DNA of 64,000 bases from Balamuthia mandrillaris (Eukaryota), in contig JAVKOQ020000067.1 of the NCBI GenBank assembly GCA_031835245.2, forward strand, positions 1-64,000, in the 5' to 3' direction. Shown piece after piece: positions 27,817 to 41,674 of this stretch (positions are counted from its first letter, which is position 1; every line of letters starts with the position of its first letter). The position numbers and the translations under genes are program-made. The notes under the pieces are model-generated. The model ran no database searches, had not been told where the DNA came from, and saw nothing but the letters and a program-made list of their open reading frames with translations.

Positions 27817-30800
27817 ATGAGCGAAAAAAATTTGGAGGAGAACATCTCTGAAACGATTTTGGAGAAAGAAAAAGAACAACCACCGAACAAAGAGGACGAC
27901 GCCTCTTCTCCTCCTAGTTCTTCTGTTCCCAAAGAAAAAGAAAAAGAAGAGAGAGAGAAAGAGGCTGAAGCTTCTCTTTCTCAAAGTGCCGATAAAGCTA
28001 TAACATTACCGCCTCGCAAAAACTCAGCCGCTTCTGAACCGATCAATAACAATAAACAATTTGAAGAATGGGAACGAGAAGATCCTATGGAAGGTGTTCT
28101 CTTCAACCTGCAACGCAACGACACTCGCCTCACTTCCTTCGACGGCCGTTACTTCGCTTCGTTGATCCCCGAAACCGAAGAAGCGGAAAATGAAAAGGAA
28201 GGAGAAGGAGAAGAAGACGACGAAAACGAAAGAAAGAAGAACGAAGAGCGCAGAGACGAACTTTTGAATCGCTTGTTTTCGAGCTTGGAGAGCAACACCA
28301 ACCTGAAACGCCTGAGTTTGATGGGAGCGAAACTGGAGGACAGACACGCGGAGGCTCTCTCTCGTTCACTTCGACAAAATACGGGACTCGTTTTGCTCGA
28401 CTTGAGCTTCAACCGAATCGGAGAAAAAGGGGCGCGTCACCTGTTGGAGTGTCTGTCTTCTTCTTCGCCGAATCGCCATTTACGGCAATTATTTTTATGG
28501 GGGAATAGACCTCTTTCTACTTCTTCCAATGAGACAAAAGATGAAGAACAAGAAAAAGAGCTGATGATAAGACCCGAAACAGAGCAAGAAATAATGAGAT
28601 GTCTTCGAAGGAACCGTGAAATGGCTCTCCATCGAAACGACAGTTCTGAACATCATCACCATTTCTCTTCGTTGGAGGACGCCACCGAGAAAGAAGAAGG
28701 AAAAGGAAGCTGGATTCTACGTTCTTTAGAAAGTCCACAACATCAACCAGAAGAAGACCTACTGATAACAACAGAAGTGGAAGAGCCAGTGAAGGAGAAG
28801 GAGAAGGAGAAGGCGTGGACGAAGAAGAGCGTTTCCTACATTGCCAAAATGGGAACAAGTGGAGGAACCGGTTTGCTAGCAAAACTCAGAGAAGCTTCTG
28901 GTTCCAATAAAGAACATCAACACGGAGACGATGCAGCAACCGATGATTCAGACTCTTCTACTAATCATCGCAGAAAGAGAAGTTTCACAACGGATGAATC
29001 CAAATCTTCTCCTACTGTCTTGCCTCCGTTAACTCTGTCGACTTCAGCAAATAACGCTTCTTCGAAGGAGAGCAACAATAACATCCCGGTAACTCCGCCT
29101 CCAACTCCGAAAAGTGGAGCAACACCGACGAGGCCTGTTTCGAGTCATTCTTTGTTCGAAGGACTTTCAGCTGGATCCAACATCCGTACTCGCAATTCTA
29201 CTTCTACAGCCATCTCTCCTCGAGGTTCTTCATCTTCGCCTAGCAACAATAACAATGTGCCGCTCAAGAAGAAGGAGAGGAAAGAGCGATACGAGAAGGA
29301 AATGGAAAAAGGTCAAGAAAAGATTTTGAAGTTGAAGCAAAAGTATCGCGAGAGCGAACGTTCACAGCTGGAACTTCGTCAGTTTAACGAGCAGTTATCG
29401 GAGCGCATCGAGGAGTTGCAGCAGTACATCGAGGACATGCAAGAAGGAAAAGGATTGTGGCTCCCAAGTTCTGCTTTGTCTGCTAAAGCAGCTTCTCCTT
29501 ATCCTTCCGTTCACCAGTTTCCCTCCCTCCCTTCTGTCGTTCATCCTCCACAACAGAGAAGCAATAATATTGAACAACAACGTTTATCAGCCCCAAGCTC
29601 CCCTCTAATTCAACGTAGTGCTTCATCGACTCGTTCTGCTTCATTCAACTCTTCTCCGTTGAAGCCGCCTTCCTCATCTTCTTCTCTGTTACCAAGGAGC
29701 AGTTTATCAGCGGATGAAATTCGAGGCAATGCTGAGGAAGGAGAAAATGAAAACGAAACTACTATGACGTTGGACAACCTATCTTCAGAAGAAGTGGCAC
29801 TTCCTCCTTCTCGCAAACGACGTTCTTTAGTCGGTGGAAGTTCATCTTCTTCTTCGTCTTCTTCGTCGTCGTCATCTTCAGCGAAAGACATCAAAAGAAG
29901 AACTTCAGCGAGTTCTCTCATTCAACAATTCGAACAAATGTCGTCTCCTGACAGTAGTGATGAAGATGGAGCTCCTTCCAACCACAGTAAAAGAAAACAC
30001 GCACACACTGTCTCAACTACTTCACCAGCCCCTTCTCCTTCTAAGGGATCCACTCGCGTAGGAACGTTAAGAAAGACAGCAAGTAAAGCGTCCTTTCAAA
30101 AAGGATGGGGAGCTCTCAAGAAAGGCTTTAAAGGAGAAAACAAACACAATGAAGAAGCAGGAAATATTGTTGCTGCAGCTGAAAAATCATCAGCATCAAC
30201 TTCTTCTTCGTTGGGAGTAGCAGCAGGAAAGAAAGCTTCTGCAAAAGCCAAAACCGAAAAGAATAAGGGCCATTCAAAGAAAGAGAATAAGAGTCCACAA
30301 GACAAGAATGCTTCTTCTGCTCAGCCTACTGTTTCAGCTCCTACTACAATAGTCCATCATTCTTCGTCAGGTCCTTCCTCTCCATCCCTTGCTTCGTCTT
30401 CTCCAACCGCAGAAGGTAAAGGAGTAGGTCTTAATGCTTCTTCTTCCGTCGCATCTTCTCCGTTGTTTGCTTCTTTCTTCGGAGGACAACAGCAACACAA
30501 GTCCTCCATGCCCATTAATCCACAACAACCTCGTTTCGTTGGAACGGTTGTCATCGGCCGAAAGTTGAGCGAGAGCGAACTTACCTGTAAAGCAATAGAG
30601 CATGAAGAAAAGAAGAAAGAAGATGAGGAAGAAAAGGAAACGGAAGAAGATGAGGATAAGAGCATATCTGCTAAAGTTATAGAATATGACTGTTTGGTGG
30701 AAGGTTGGAACTGTGTTATGCGCGAGCTGCGAGACGTCCTCTTGTTCACCGGCAAAAGGGCGGACAAAGTTGGTGCTCTCCGTTTCGCGGTGTGGAAGTT

Positions 30801-31972
30801 GGAAGTCCTTCCCTACCACTCCAACCTCGTTCGTTATTTCCTGCACAGAGAGTACGAGAATTCGTTCTATCTCTACTCTCAACGACATGGAATCCCGTTG
30901 AGCGAGTACCTCCGCCAAAAGAAGCAAAGCGAAGATGCTGGGTTTTCTATGGAGGAGCTGTTGCGTTACTGTACGAACCTTGTGGAGGCATTGCATTATC
31001 TTCACTCGATGGACTATGTGCTAAAAGGTAACTTTTTTCTTATTCTTCTTTCTTGTTGCTTCAAAGTTGATTTATTTCCTCCGTTTTTTTTTTTGAAGCG
31101 TTGCGACCAGAACACGTTTATGTAACGCTCAACCAAAAGAATGAGATTGCACTTTTGTCAGTGGACCCAATGGAAGGTTTCATTGATGATTTACGCACTA
31201 GCTCATCCTATGTCATTAGCGCTTACACGGTATTTCTCCCTTCTCTTTCTCTTTCTCTTTCTCTTTCTCTTTCTCTTTCTCTTTCTCTTTCTCTTTCTCT
31301 TTCTCTTTCTCTTTCTCTTTCTCTTTCTCTTTCTCTTTCTCTTTCTCTTTCTCATATTCTTTCCCACGTTCTTTAAAAAGGCTCCTGAGTTGTTGAAAGA
31401 AACAGACAAAGCCCCAACTCCTGAAATGAATGGTAAATCCTTTCTCAGTCCTTCTCTGCTCTTTGACTAAGCTTTCTTGCTTTGATAAAACAAAAGTATG
31501 GTGTTTGGGCATGTTGCTGTACGAGCTATTGACATTGGACATTCCGTGGGAGAACGAATCTCAGGAAAGCATCAAAGAGAAGCTTCTTGCCGGAGAATCT
31601 CCCTCTCTTCCCAACGAACTCAAACCTCTTCCCGGGGTTGTTCCCCAACACATTGCTTTGACAGACGATGCCTCTTCTTCGAGCTCCACCACTTCTTCGT
31701 CTGAAGAAAAACCAGAGGAGCAAGAGGAGAAAGAGAAACAAAACGAAGGAGAACAGGAAGAAAAGCAAGAAGGAGAAGAACAGCCGAAGAAGAAAGAAGA
31801 ACCGGTGGAAGAACAAGCACCCGTCGTCATGGTGGGAAGGAAGGAAAAGACGGAGAGGAAGCGTGTCGAGAAGTTGGTGGACCTGTTCCACAACATGACG
31901 GCTTTGGATCCCACCAAACGCCCTTCCCTGGACAAAGTTCAACTGTATCTCAACTTATGCGGTGCCTTGTAA
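27817..31972 (+). CDS. LRR (RNI/tropomodulin-like) + coiled-coil + C-terminal protein-kinase-like (probable pseudokinase) protein
   Basis: LRRs LESNTNLKRLSLMGAKL, LRQNTGLVLLDLSFNRIGEKGA and LRQLFLWGN. Kinase-fold remnants HSNLVRY, LVEALHYLHSMDY, YT|APELL, VWCLGMLLYELLTLDIPW, DPTKRPS. Confidence 0.8.
31242..31352. repeat. Intronic (CTCTTT)n repeat
   Basis: Directly visible. Confidence 0.9.
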
Positions 31973-32162
31973 AGCAAGAGAACAATGGCATTGGCCTTCC
32001 TAGGTTACAAACAGTAGGAAGAGTTAACCATCACCATCTTCTTTCTCTCTTCTTTTTTTTAAAAAAAAAAAAACCTAGCAGTGTCTATCTCTCCGTTTTT
32101 TTAAAAAAAGAAGAAAGAAGAAAAAGAAAGAGAGGAGAAAAAAAAGGCAAAGAAAAGAAAGT

Positions 32163-35057
32163 TTAAATGGTGTTATTGATGCTGCTGTCGTTCTCAAGGA
32201 TGTTCTCAGAAGAAGAAGAAGAGGAAGAAGAGGTGATGACAAACTGTTGGTTTCGGACATCCTCCCCATCCTCCTTCAGAAAGTTGGTCAAGAGACCGGT
32301 CTTCATGACCTGGGGGTTGTCCAAAAGTTGGTTGATGTACAGTTGAAGTTTGTTCTTCCTCTTCTTCACGTAGTTGTCCTTCTCCGCCCCAAAGAGCTTG
32401 GTGCCGGGAAACTTTGGCAGCTCTGTTTTGAACTTGCGTTTGCGTGTCAACACTTTCAACTGTTGTTCGAACCAATAAAGGAAGAAGCAAAGAAGCAAAA
32501 GCAGGTTAGAGAGTTTGTCGATAAGCTTTGTTTAAAAAGGGCGGAAAATGTACGTGGGCATGCAAGCCTTTAAAGTCTGAATAGGTCTTAAATACAGTCC
32601 ATGTTTGTTTGCTAAAAGTAATCCGGAGACGATACACCTATTTTTTTCATAGAAGATTCCATGTTAAAAGGGGAGAAGAAGAAAGAAAACAAAGGAATAA
32701 AAAGAAAAGTGAAGAAAAGTACTGTATAAGTAAAGAGTTTGTTCTTCCTAATCTCGTAGCCGGTAATAAGAACGATGTAACTCTGAGACTCTTTTATGCA
32801 AATGTCTTCAAACTTTCTGGAAATGTCTCTTACTCGTAACGATCGCGACTTGCCCTTTTCTTTCTCGTTGCTGTGATTGTTGGTGGGAGAGGAGGAATCC
32901 TCTGCGGACGTCTTCTTAACTCCTCTCGCTGACCCTCCTCTTTCCATAAGTGGTGTTGAAGGCTCTGACCTTGTAAATAACTGATGAAGCGTGGCAGATC
33001 AGTGAGAACAAAGAAGACAGACGACAGGAGAAAGAATATGTACATCGGTAGGCTCGCTCAAGTTCCAGTCGATGGAGGTAAGAGCGCCTCTGATGCTGCC
33101 TTTGCCAGAGCTACTGCTAGACCCTCCTGATGTGCCACTTCCGCTTTCATCCTCTCCAGCCCCCGATCTTCGTTTTTTGTTGTACTGTCGAACTGTTCCC
33201 AACGCTTCGTTAAAGTTTAATGCCCCTTCCTATATTGATGGCGGCTGTCGGGTCAGAAACAAAAAAAGGAATGAAAAAAAAAGAAGGAAGCAGATGGCGA
33301 ACCTTTAACCAAGTATGCTTCATTAGTTCGGTAGCCGTTGGTCTCTTAGTAGGATCTTTGTGAAAGCACCTTCGGAGAAAGTCTTGTAATTCCTAATTGA
33401 AACAAAATATAACCCTATAAGAAAAGAAAGACAAATGCAAAAGAAAGAGGGAAAGGAGTACGTACCGGGGAGAGTGTGTCAGGAATAGGAGGACAGTCAT
33501 CTTGTACAATTTTGAAGAGAGCAGACATGGATGGAATCTCAAAGTTGGGCGGTTGGCCCGTTACTAGTTCTATTATGGTACAGCCAAGACTCCTAATTTT
33601 GTGAAGTGAAAGGTTCAGTCAGCTTTGTGTAAAGAAAACTTTAAATAGAAAAGAAGCAAGAAAGGAGAGGACAAATAAAAAAAAAACGAACGAACGAACG
33701 AACAAAACAAACAAAACAAACCAGATATCACAAGCTGTTGTCGGCGGATGAAGCTCTATGATCTCGGGAGCCACTTCATGTGAAAAAACAAAAGTCAGCG
33801 AAAAGGAACCCAAACATAGAGAGAAACATACTCCAATAAGGAGAGCCTTCCACAAAGGAAGAAGCAACAGCAGCATCTCCACTGCCCTCCGCATTGGCAT
33901 CAATGGCAATACCAAAGTCAGCCAACTTCACAACACCATCTTTGTTGATGAGTAGATTGCTAGCCTTTATGTCCCGATGAATAACGTTCATTTTGTGAAG
34001 ATATTGAAGACCTTTCAGCACTTGACTGGTGTGAAGTGCTGCTAATTGTTCTGGAAACACTCCGTATTTTTGTATGATTTTGAGAAGAGATCCGTTTTGT
34101 ACAAATCTATGTTGTTGGAGAGAGAGGGAGAGAGAGAAGAAGATATAATGGTTAAAATGAGAATAAAAAGAGAAAGAGCAACAAACGATGAGCATACTCA
34201 AGCAACATATTGACATGATTGTCCGACTCAACTAAGCCGAGATATTTTACAATGTTGGGATGATCCAACGCTTTTAATAGATCTATTTCTCCCTTTGTTG
34301 TGCGGATATAAGTGAGTACAACACAATCACAAACAAAAAAAAATAAAGACAACGATAGTAAGTAGAGCGTACTTTGAGATTGATGAGCATTGCCTCATCG
34401 ATACCCTCCTTCTTCAAACGTTTGATAGCGATATACTCTGTCGTCTGCATGTCCAAAGCTTTGAACACTATCCCAAAAGCTCCTTTTCCCACTCTTTCCA
34501 ACAGTTGCTTTATCATAGCGGCATTGGAATAAACAAAGTCAGCAGGGAAAGAAAAGAAACAAAGAAACAAAAAAAAAAGGGTATTAAGTCTAAACAAAAA
34601 CGAATAGAAAAACAGAGCCAGAAGAGAAAGGGGAAGCGGAAAGACCATGAAGCAAGAAGCAAAGAAGCAAAGAAGCAAAGAAGCAAAGAAGCAAAGAAGC
34701 AGACGAAGACGAAGAACAACACCAAGAACAAGTTGGGAAAAATAAAGAACGAAAATAAAAACGTACGTATTGCCCAAGCACAACGGTCATAGCCCCTTTC
34801 TGCCCTCTCATCGAGACCGTCGAGAACTTGTCATCATAGTCGAGGTCCGCAAGTGTCATGGACGGCTTCTTGGAGTGCCGTCTGTTCTTTTTCAGTTGCT
34901 GTTGCTGCTGTCGGGTGGCCCCTCTCGGGGAGAGCGGGCCGACCAGAGCCTCCACGTCCGTCATGGCTCGCCTTGAGCGCTGGTGGACGGGAGTGGAGGG
35001 AGCCGAGGAAGAAGAACCCAAGGCTAAGGGAGGCATACCACCGCCGCCACCATGCAT
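32163..35057 (-). CDS. STE-family Ser/Thr kinase (SepA/Cdc15/MAP3K-epsilon-like) with C-terminal PX domain
   Basis: [69 protein letters not shown]. The C-terminal [10 protein letters not shown]...[15 protein letters not shown]...LTNFL is PX-like. Confidence 0.88.
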
Positions 35058-35759
35058 CGTGTGTGTGAGGTGATTGATATAAAATCTGGTGGTCGAAAAA
35101 AAAAGTAGTGGAATGGCGGGAATCAGAAAATCCCCCAAAGAAAAAGCAAAATAAATAACAGGAGTTGCTCAGAAAAAAAAGAGGGCGAGGGAGATGAAAG
35201 AAGAAGAAGAAAATAATATAATAGGCGTACACTTGAAAAGACTTTCTTGTTGGATGAATCGAATCAAATGAACGATCCGTTCGTCCTGTTACGTTTTTGT
35301 TGTTGATGGCTTGCTACTTTTTTTTTTTAATAATTTTAAAAACTTTTCAAAACAGAATCGAATCATTCTCATTATATTAAAAATATTGAAAATTATCGCG
35401 AATCGCTAAACAAACAACCTTAAAGAATCGGTTTTGAAGGTGACGTGGAACGGTCTTGAAAAAGAAATTCGGGTCAGATAACCTCTTTTTAAGGGAATCC
35501 TGACGTGTGTTTCCAAAATTGTAGCACGATTTTTTTTTTCGCTTGTGCCCCAAAAAATAAAATAAAAACTAAAATAAAAGAAAGAAAGAAGAAAAGAAGA
35601 GAACAACAAAAAGATACCTTTTTTTTTTTTTCTGTTGTCGTTAACGCAGCGGGTGGAGTGGGGCGCATTTTTTCTCCTCTTCTTCTTCTTATAAAGAAAA
35701 ACCGATCCGGCTGGAAAGATTTTGATTTTTTGAAAAAAAGAATACTCGCTGCGCGAAAG

Positions 35760-36100
35760 ATGGAGCTTCGAGTTGGGGGAAAGTATCGATTGGAGCGAAA
35801 GATTGGGAGCGGCTCTTTCGGAGAGATCTATCGCGGCGTCAACGTGCAAACGGACGAAGAGGTAGCGGTTAAGCTGGTTCGTTGGCTCCTTCATTTGCAT
35901 ATATATATTTTTTTTTCTGTTCTGTTGCTGTTGTTGTTTGACCGTTCAGTTCAATCCCTCCATTTTTTTTTTCACCAGGAAAACGTGAAAAGCAAACATC
36001 TTCAACTCTACTACGAATCGCGTCTCTACAAGGTTCTTGGCGGCGCTGGTACTCTCTCTCTCTCTCTCTCCCTCTCTTTCACTCTCCCTTCTCCCTGTTG

Positions 36101-36132
<32 letters not shown>

Positions 36133-38248
36133 GCTCTCCCTCTCCCCCTCTCTCTGTCGTCTGTCTTTCTCTCCCTCTCTCCCTCTCTCCCTCTCTCTGT
36201 CTCTATCTCTCTGACTCTTTTCTCTCTCTCTCTCTCTCTCTATTCTTGGGCTCTTTCTCGTGTGTTATTTCTTTTCTTTTCTTTCTTATCCTTTTCGTTC
36301 CTTTTTACTCGATTTTAGTGGGTTTTCCGTATGTACGATGGTATGGAGTGGAAGGAGAGTACAATGTGATGGTGATGGACCTGTTGGGACCCAGTCTGGA
36401 GGACCTCTTTAACTTCTGCGATCGAAAGTTCTCTCTGAAAACTGTGCTTATGCTTGCTGATCAATTGGTTTCTATCTTCTCGTTCTCTCTCGCTCGCGCT
36501 CTTTCTCTCTCTCTCTCTCTCGTTTATTCTCCATACGTATACTTACTCTTTTACAACTCAACGAATCGGACTGCAACCAAAGCTGTTAAGGATAGAATAC
36601 TTTCATAGCAAAGGCTTTATTCATAGAGATATCAAACCTGACAACTTTTTGGTACTTTTCTTTCCTTTTCTTAAGCAGAAGAATAAGAAGGAGGAGAAGA
36701 AGAAGAACAACAAGAACAAGAAGCAACAAAAAGGTCACTTTCTTTGGTTTTTGTTAACCCTTTATTCGCTCTTTTTTAAAAAAAAGTTGGGTCGAGGCAA
36801 TAAGAGCAATGTGGTTTTCATTATTGATTTTGGATTGGCAAAGAAGTTCAGAGACTCGCGGACACTTGTACACATTCCCTATCGCGAACGTAAAGGGCTC
36901 ACCGGCACTGCCCGTTATGCAAGTATCAACACCCATCTGGGCATTGGTTAGTTCTTCATCCCTTTAAATGCTTCTTTGCTTCTTTCTTTGTTTTTTCTTT
37001 TTAGCTTTATATTTTTTCTTCCATCTTGATGAACTCGTATAATTCTTCATCGTTTTTTTAAATGAACTAATTTTTTCATTTTAACTTTTCGTTCTTATTC
37101 TACTACGCATTTAAAAGAACAAAGCAGGAGGGATGATTTAGAGGCAATAGGATATGTATTGCTTTATTTTTTGAGGGGCAATTTGCCGTGGCAAGGCCTT
37201 AAAGGGGCCAACAAAAAGGAGAAATATGAACGGATCAGCGAACGGAAGATACTTACTTCCGTGGAAGCTCTTTGCCGGGGTTGTCCTGGTTAGTTTCTGT
37301 TTCATTCTTTTGTTTTGTTTAAGTTGTGTCTTTCTTTTTTTTTTTCTTTCTTTTCTTTCTTTTCTTTCTTTCTTCTTTCATGTATTTAGCTCATTGTGAG
37401 GTTTGATGACTTGTAAAACTAACTGTGATATAGCTGAATTTGCGACATATTTGAACTATACTCGGTCGTTGCGTTTCGACGGCGAACCCAACTATGCCTA
37501 TCTGCGGAAGATCTTCAGAGAACTTTTTATACAACAAGGATATGAGTATGACAGCAACTATGATTGGGTGCGTGAGGAACGCAATTTACCTACCACCAAG
37601 CTGACGCCAGAAGTATGTTCTTTTCGTCTTCCACTTCCTATCTCCCTTATTCTTATTTCTTGTTTCCGACCTATTTCTTCCTTTTCGTTCTTCTTTCTAT
37701 TCTTTTTTAAAACCAAAAACTCACCAATTGAGTAAAGTTAGGAAGTAATCAGGCAACAAGAGGATCTCCTGAACCACGCGCACGAGCAGACTTTAAGTCC
37801 CAAAGAGGGAGAGGAGGCGCTAAGGCTAGAGCGGGAGGAGCAGTCGGAACTCGAAACAACGGGTCCACCACAAAAGTTATCAAAAATGGTAGCGGAGGAG
37901 ATGGAGAGAACATCGCCAGTACATCATCATCCCCAGCAACAACAACTTTAGCGCCAGGAGAAGGAAGCGGAAGAACGACAGCTTCTGTTGGATCTGGAGC
38001 GAAAAGCAGCAGAGACACTAAAGATGCAACGCGTTCTTCGTTCATCAAAATGTCCAATATGGGACGACCACAACCCCGCAGAGCGGAACAGGATGACGCC
38101 GCTGCCTCCAGACGCAAGCCCACTCGGATACTTAAACGTTCTTCTTCAAAGGTTTGGTCGTTCTCTGTCTCCTTTGTCTTTCTTTTCCTTTGAGCCTAAC
38201 ATTCGGTTCCTACTACAGAAAGAAGAAAAGCCTGCAGGAGGGAAATAG
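35760..38248 (+). CDS. CSNK1: Casein kinase I (delta/epsilon-like), multi-exon
   Basis: [86 protein letters not shown]. Confidence 0.96.
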
Positions 38249-38796
38249 TTTGTACAAATGCGAATTTATATTTACAACAAAATGAATCGTTAATAAGATG
38301 AGAAAGTAAAAGTTACTAAAACTTTTCGCTTTCTCTCTTTGGAGCTTTAGGAGGGTGATAATTTTGTTCCACGCCAATCCAAATCATGAACAGGTATAGC
38401 TCCATTTTCTCGTTTCTCTTTGCTTATCTCCCTTCTTTCTCTTTCCCTCTCTCCCTTCTTTTCTCCCTTCTTTTCTCTTTCTCGTCCCTTCGTTTTTGAA
38501 CCAACAGGACAAGGATTAAGTTTAAACAAAACTGCGTTATCTTCCTGAACTTTTATTTGTTGACACATACACTTTGCTGAGTCCTTTCATTGTTCTTTTC
38601 TCCTCCCTCCTTCTCTCTCTTCGTTCTCTTTTCTCTGTTCTTCTCCTGTATTGACCATTTCTCTCAAAAGGCAAATAATATGTCCTGTTAACTTCTCTTC
38701 CACTGTCTACTACACCAATTGATAACTTCTTGTGCTATTCTGAACAAACTATGATGCCGATGGCCTTTTCTAAAAAAATCAACACACAACACAATG

Positions 38797-38833
<37 letters not shown>

Positions 38834-39160
38834 GGAAGAGAGAAGAGAGAGGGGAGAAACAACAGAGAAGAGCGAAGGCAAACAGTGAAGAGAGAGAAGA
38901 AAGAAGAGAAAAGAGAAAAAGGTGGAATGTCAGCCAGTTCCACAACGCCGCCTTTATTAACTTTTCCTTTTATATAGGGCAATGCAAATTTTCTTGGATA
39001 TTCTTGCAGAAAGGCACTCCTCAAAAGGAAGTGCCATGGCTTTTGGTGAGTGGAGATTGTTCGTTTATTCGATGTAATGCTTTGGACAAACTCACCACCC
39101 CCAGGAAAAAAATAAGAAAAAAAAAAACAAACAGAAACAACACCAACATCAGCACCAACC

Positions 39161-41254
39161 ATGAAGCGCAATAGACAGGCATACATCCTCCTGGCCTTGC
39201 TTGCTTTCACGTTTCTTCTTTACAAATTTGTCTCTTCATCATCTACGCCTGCTCCCAAGCCATCGAGTTACTTGGAGCTGCAAGAAAACTATCCTGGGAG
39301 TTGTCACCTTGACGCCTTCATGAAGGTGGACAACGTCCACCCAGGCTATACCGCCAGCGGCTATGTTTATGCCAAGAAAGCTCAAAGAGCCCGTTTCCAG
39401 TGGAAAGTGTTCTCCGAGAAAACACGGACCTACTTTTTGAGGCTTCGCTACTCTGCTGGGCAACCCTTCAGCGTCTCTCTTCTGGTCAACTGGAGACCTA
39501 CCCGACAACTTCAAATGGAGGCCACAAGTTCTTCCTGGAAGTTCCTTTTCCTCTCTGCCACCTTACGCGAGGGCGTCAACAGCCTTGTCCTCCAAACCAA
39601 TCAAGACACCCAAAACGTTTCTACCCTTCTCGTGGACAGTCTGGAGTTATACAACGAGCACAACTTCCTTCTTCCGGTGGAGTGCCACAACAACCAACGG
39701 GTGGCGATGCTTCAACCCAACCCTCGATGCGTGGCGGGGGCAGTCTTTCGAGACGAGACGGTGGACTGCGGAGGGGCTCGTCTGGGGATCTCCTGCACGG
39801 GCGACCAAGAGGACCAACCCGCGGTCATCACCTTGCAGAACGCCTCCTTGAAGAACCTCCGCCTGGCAGCAGACGGAGGGGCGGACGGCATCCATTGCGA
39901 CAGCGGGGATTGCACCCTGGAGAACGTGGTGTGGGAGGACATCTGCGAGGACGCCGCCACGCAAGCGGCGGAAGGCGGGACCATGACCATCAAAGGAGGA
40001 TGGGCGTTCAACGGGAAAGGGGGGTGGGGAGACCGCCCGGACAAGATCTTCCAACACAACTCCAAGAACAGCAAGGTCATTGTGACGGGAGGCTTCACCG
40101 CCAAAGGACACAATGGCATCCTTTACATGTCCTGTGGGAACTGCGTGGACAACGGAGGGCCTCGCTTTTCACACTTGGAGGATGTGAGGGTGGAGGGAAA
40201 GCTTGGATATGTGGCCCTTGCAAACGGGAACTACGGAGACAAGGCCACCATTCGAAACATGGTCATGCAACAAGAGAATCACCGGGCTTGCTTTGAATAC
40301 TTTGGGGTGGACAAGACCCTGGTGGACGGCGAGATGAAGGGACAACGATGGAATACGGAGCTGTGCGATGTCTCGCCAGAGGACGTGAAGACGTTGGACA
40401 CCATTCATGTGGTGGTGGCAGTGAACAAGGAATACCAGGCGGGGTTGTTGGCATTGCTTCGCTCCATCGGGAAGAACACCCCTCACCCACAAGCCGTCAT
40501 GGTGCACGTCATCCTGTGCAACAAGAAGGACGGGGAAGGAGGGGAGGAGGCCCTTTGGGCTGTGGGTCAAGAGATTCTGTGCGAAGGATGTCCTCCCGTG
40601 GAGGTCACAGTGTTCCACTTGGAGAAGAGCATCAAGGAGAAGCTGAACAACAAGTACCGCGAGGAGCTGAACGAGGAGAGCAACTACGCTCGTCTGTTCT
40701 TGCACGTGTTGTTCCCTTCCTTGAAGAAAGTCATTTGGTTGGACAGCGACACCTTGGCCTTGGGAGACCTGCGTGAGCTCTGGCACACCTCGATGAAAGG
40801 GAAAGACACATCCTTGGCGGCCGTTCCTCAAGCAAACAAACCACTGAGAAGTGCAGTGAACAATGCTCGGGTGAAAGAGCTGTTCAAGAGTCGGTACGGA
40901 AAGAAACGGTACGATTCTGAGGAAGCAACGTACAATGCAGGGGTGTTCATGGCAGACCTGGAAAAGTGGCGGAGAAGGAAGGTGGAGGAGGAGTTCCTTT
41001 GGTGGATTGAGCAAAGGAACAAAGAGGAGGACCTCTGGATGTTTGCCACGCAACCTCTTCTCATCGTGGTGTTTCACGGCCAATGGCAACAGCTCGGGCA
41101 AGAATGGAACGTCATTGACCTGGGATGGAGGAACGATGTCTCGGAGGAGAGCATCCAGTCGGCAAAGGTGCTGCATTGGAATGGAGAGCAGAAACCCTGG
41201 CTGCCTTCTGCTTTTGAGGAGTACAAAAAGATATGGGATGAGTATTATGTGTAG
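39161..41254 (+). CDS. Copy 1: signal-anchor + CBM35/CBM6-like + PL3 pectate-lyase-like + GT8 glycosyltransferase fusion (697 aa, intronless)
   Basis: N-terminal TM YILLALLAFTFLLY. CBM-like HPGYTASGYV...LRLRYS...LREGVNSLVL. PL3 motifs GADGIHC..GDCTLENVVWEDICEDAAT, DKIFQHN, SCGNC, NGNYGDKATI. GT8 motifs NYARLFL, KKVIWLDSD, YNAGV, VLHWNGEQKPW. Confidence 0.88.
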   Translation: MKRNRQAYILLALLAFTFLLYKFVSSSSTPAPKPSSYLELQENYPGSCHLDAFMKVDNVHPGYTASGYVYAKKAQRARFQWKVFSEKTRTYFLRLRYSAGQPFSVSLLVNWRPTRQLQMEATSSSWKFLFLSATLREGVNSLVLQTNQDTQNVSTLLVDSLELYNEHNFLLPVECHNNQRVAMLQPNPRCVAGAVFRDETVDCGGARLGISCTGDQEDQPAVITLQNASLKNLRLAADGGADGIHCDSGDCTLENVVWEDICEDAATQAAEGGTMTIKGGWAFNGKGGWGDRPDKIFQHNSKNSKVIVTGGFTAKGHNGILYMSCGNCVDNGGPRFSHLEDVRVEGKLGYVALANGNYGDKATIRNMVMQQENHRACFEYFGVDKTLVDGEMKGQRWNTELCDVSPEDVKTLDTIHVVVAVNKEYQAGLLALLRSIGKNTPHPQAVMVHVILCNKKDGEGGEEALWAVGQEILCEGCPPVEVTVFHLEKSIKEKLNNKYREELNEESNYARLFLHVLFPSLKKVIWLDSDTLALGDLRELWHTSMKGKDTSLAAVPQANKPLRSAVNNARVKELFKSRYGKKRYDSEEATYNAGVFMADLEKWRRRKVEEEFLWWIEQRNKEEDLWMFATQPLLIVVFHGQWQQLGQEWNVIDLGWRNDVSEESIQSAKVLHWNGEQKPWLPSAFEEYKKIWDEYYV

Positions 41255-41674
41255 ATGACCAACAACAATGTTTTAAAAGGTGTATATGTATGTACATTGG
41301 AAACACTTCAAAGGTTTGCCCTCCTTGTCGAGAGAGTTTGTTCAGCTCACCTTCTGCATCCTCTGCTACAACGAACTGTCCTCCTTGCTCACCACCCTCA
41401 GCGATTAGTAACCCTTCTCCCGTCCTTGCAAACGGTGACAAGTTTCTTCCGTCAACCCATTCAGCGGCTAGAAGCACTTCTGCAACCAAGGGGAAGAGCA
41501 TCTGGATAGGAGGGATAAGTGGCGGAGGAGGAGGAAGGGGCAAAAGCAGAAGGGGGAAACAGGGCCAGTGGTGAGGAAGTATTTCGACGAGGGTGGGTGT
41601 GGTGGGAGTTGGTTTGTGGGTTGGCCAGTTTTGCGGCAACAATGCTTCCGTCTTGTATTGGGAATCAAAAAAAA

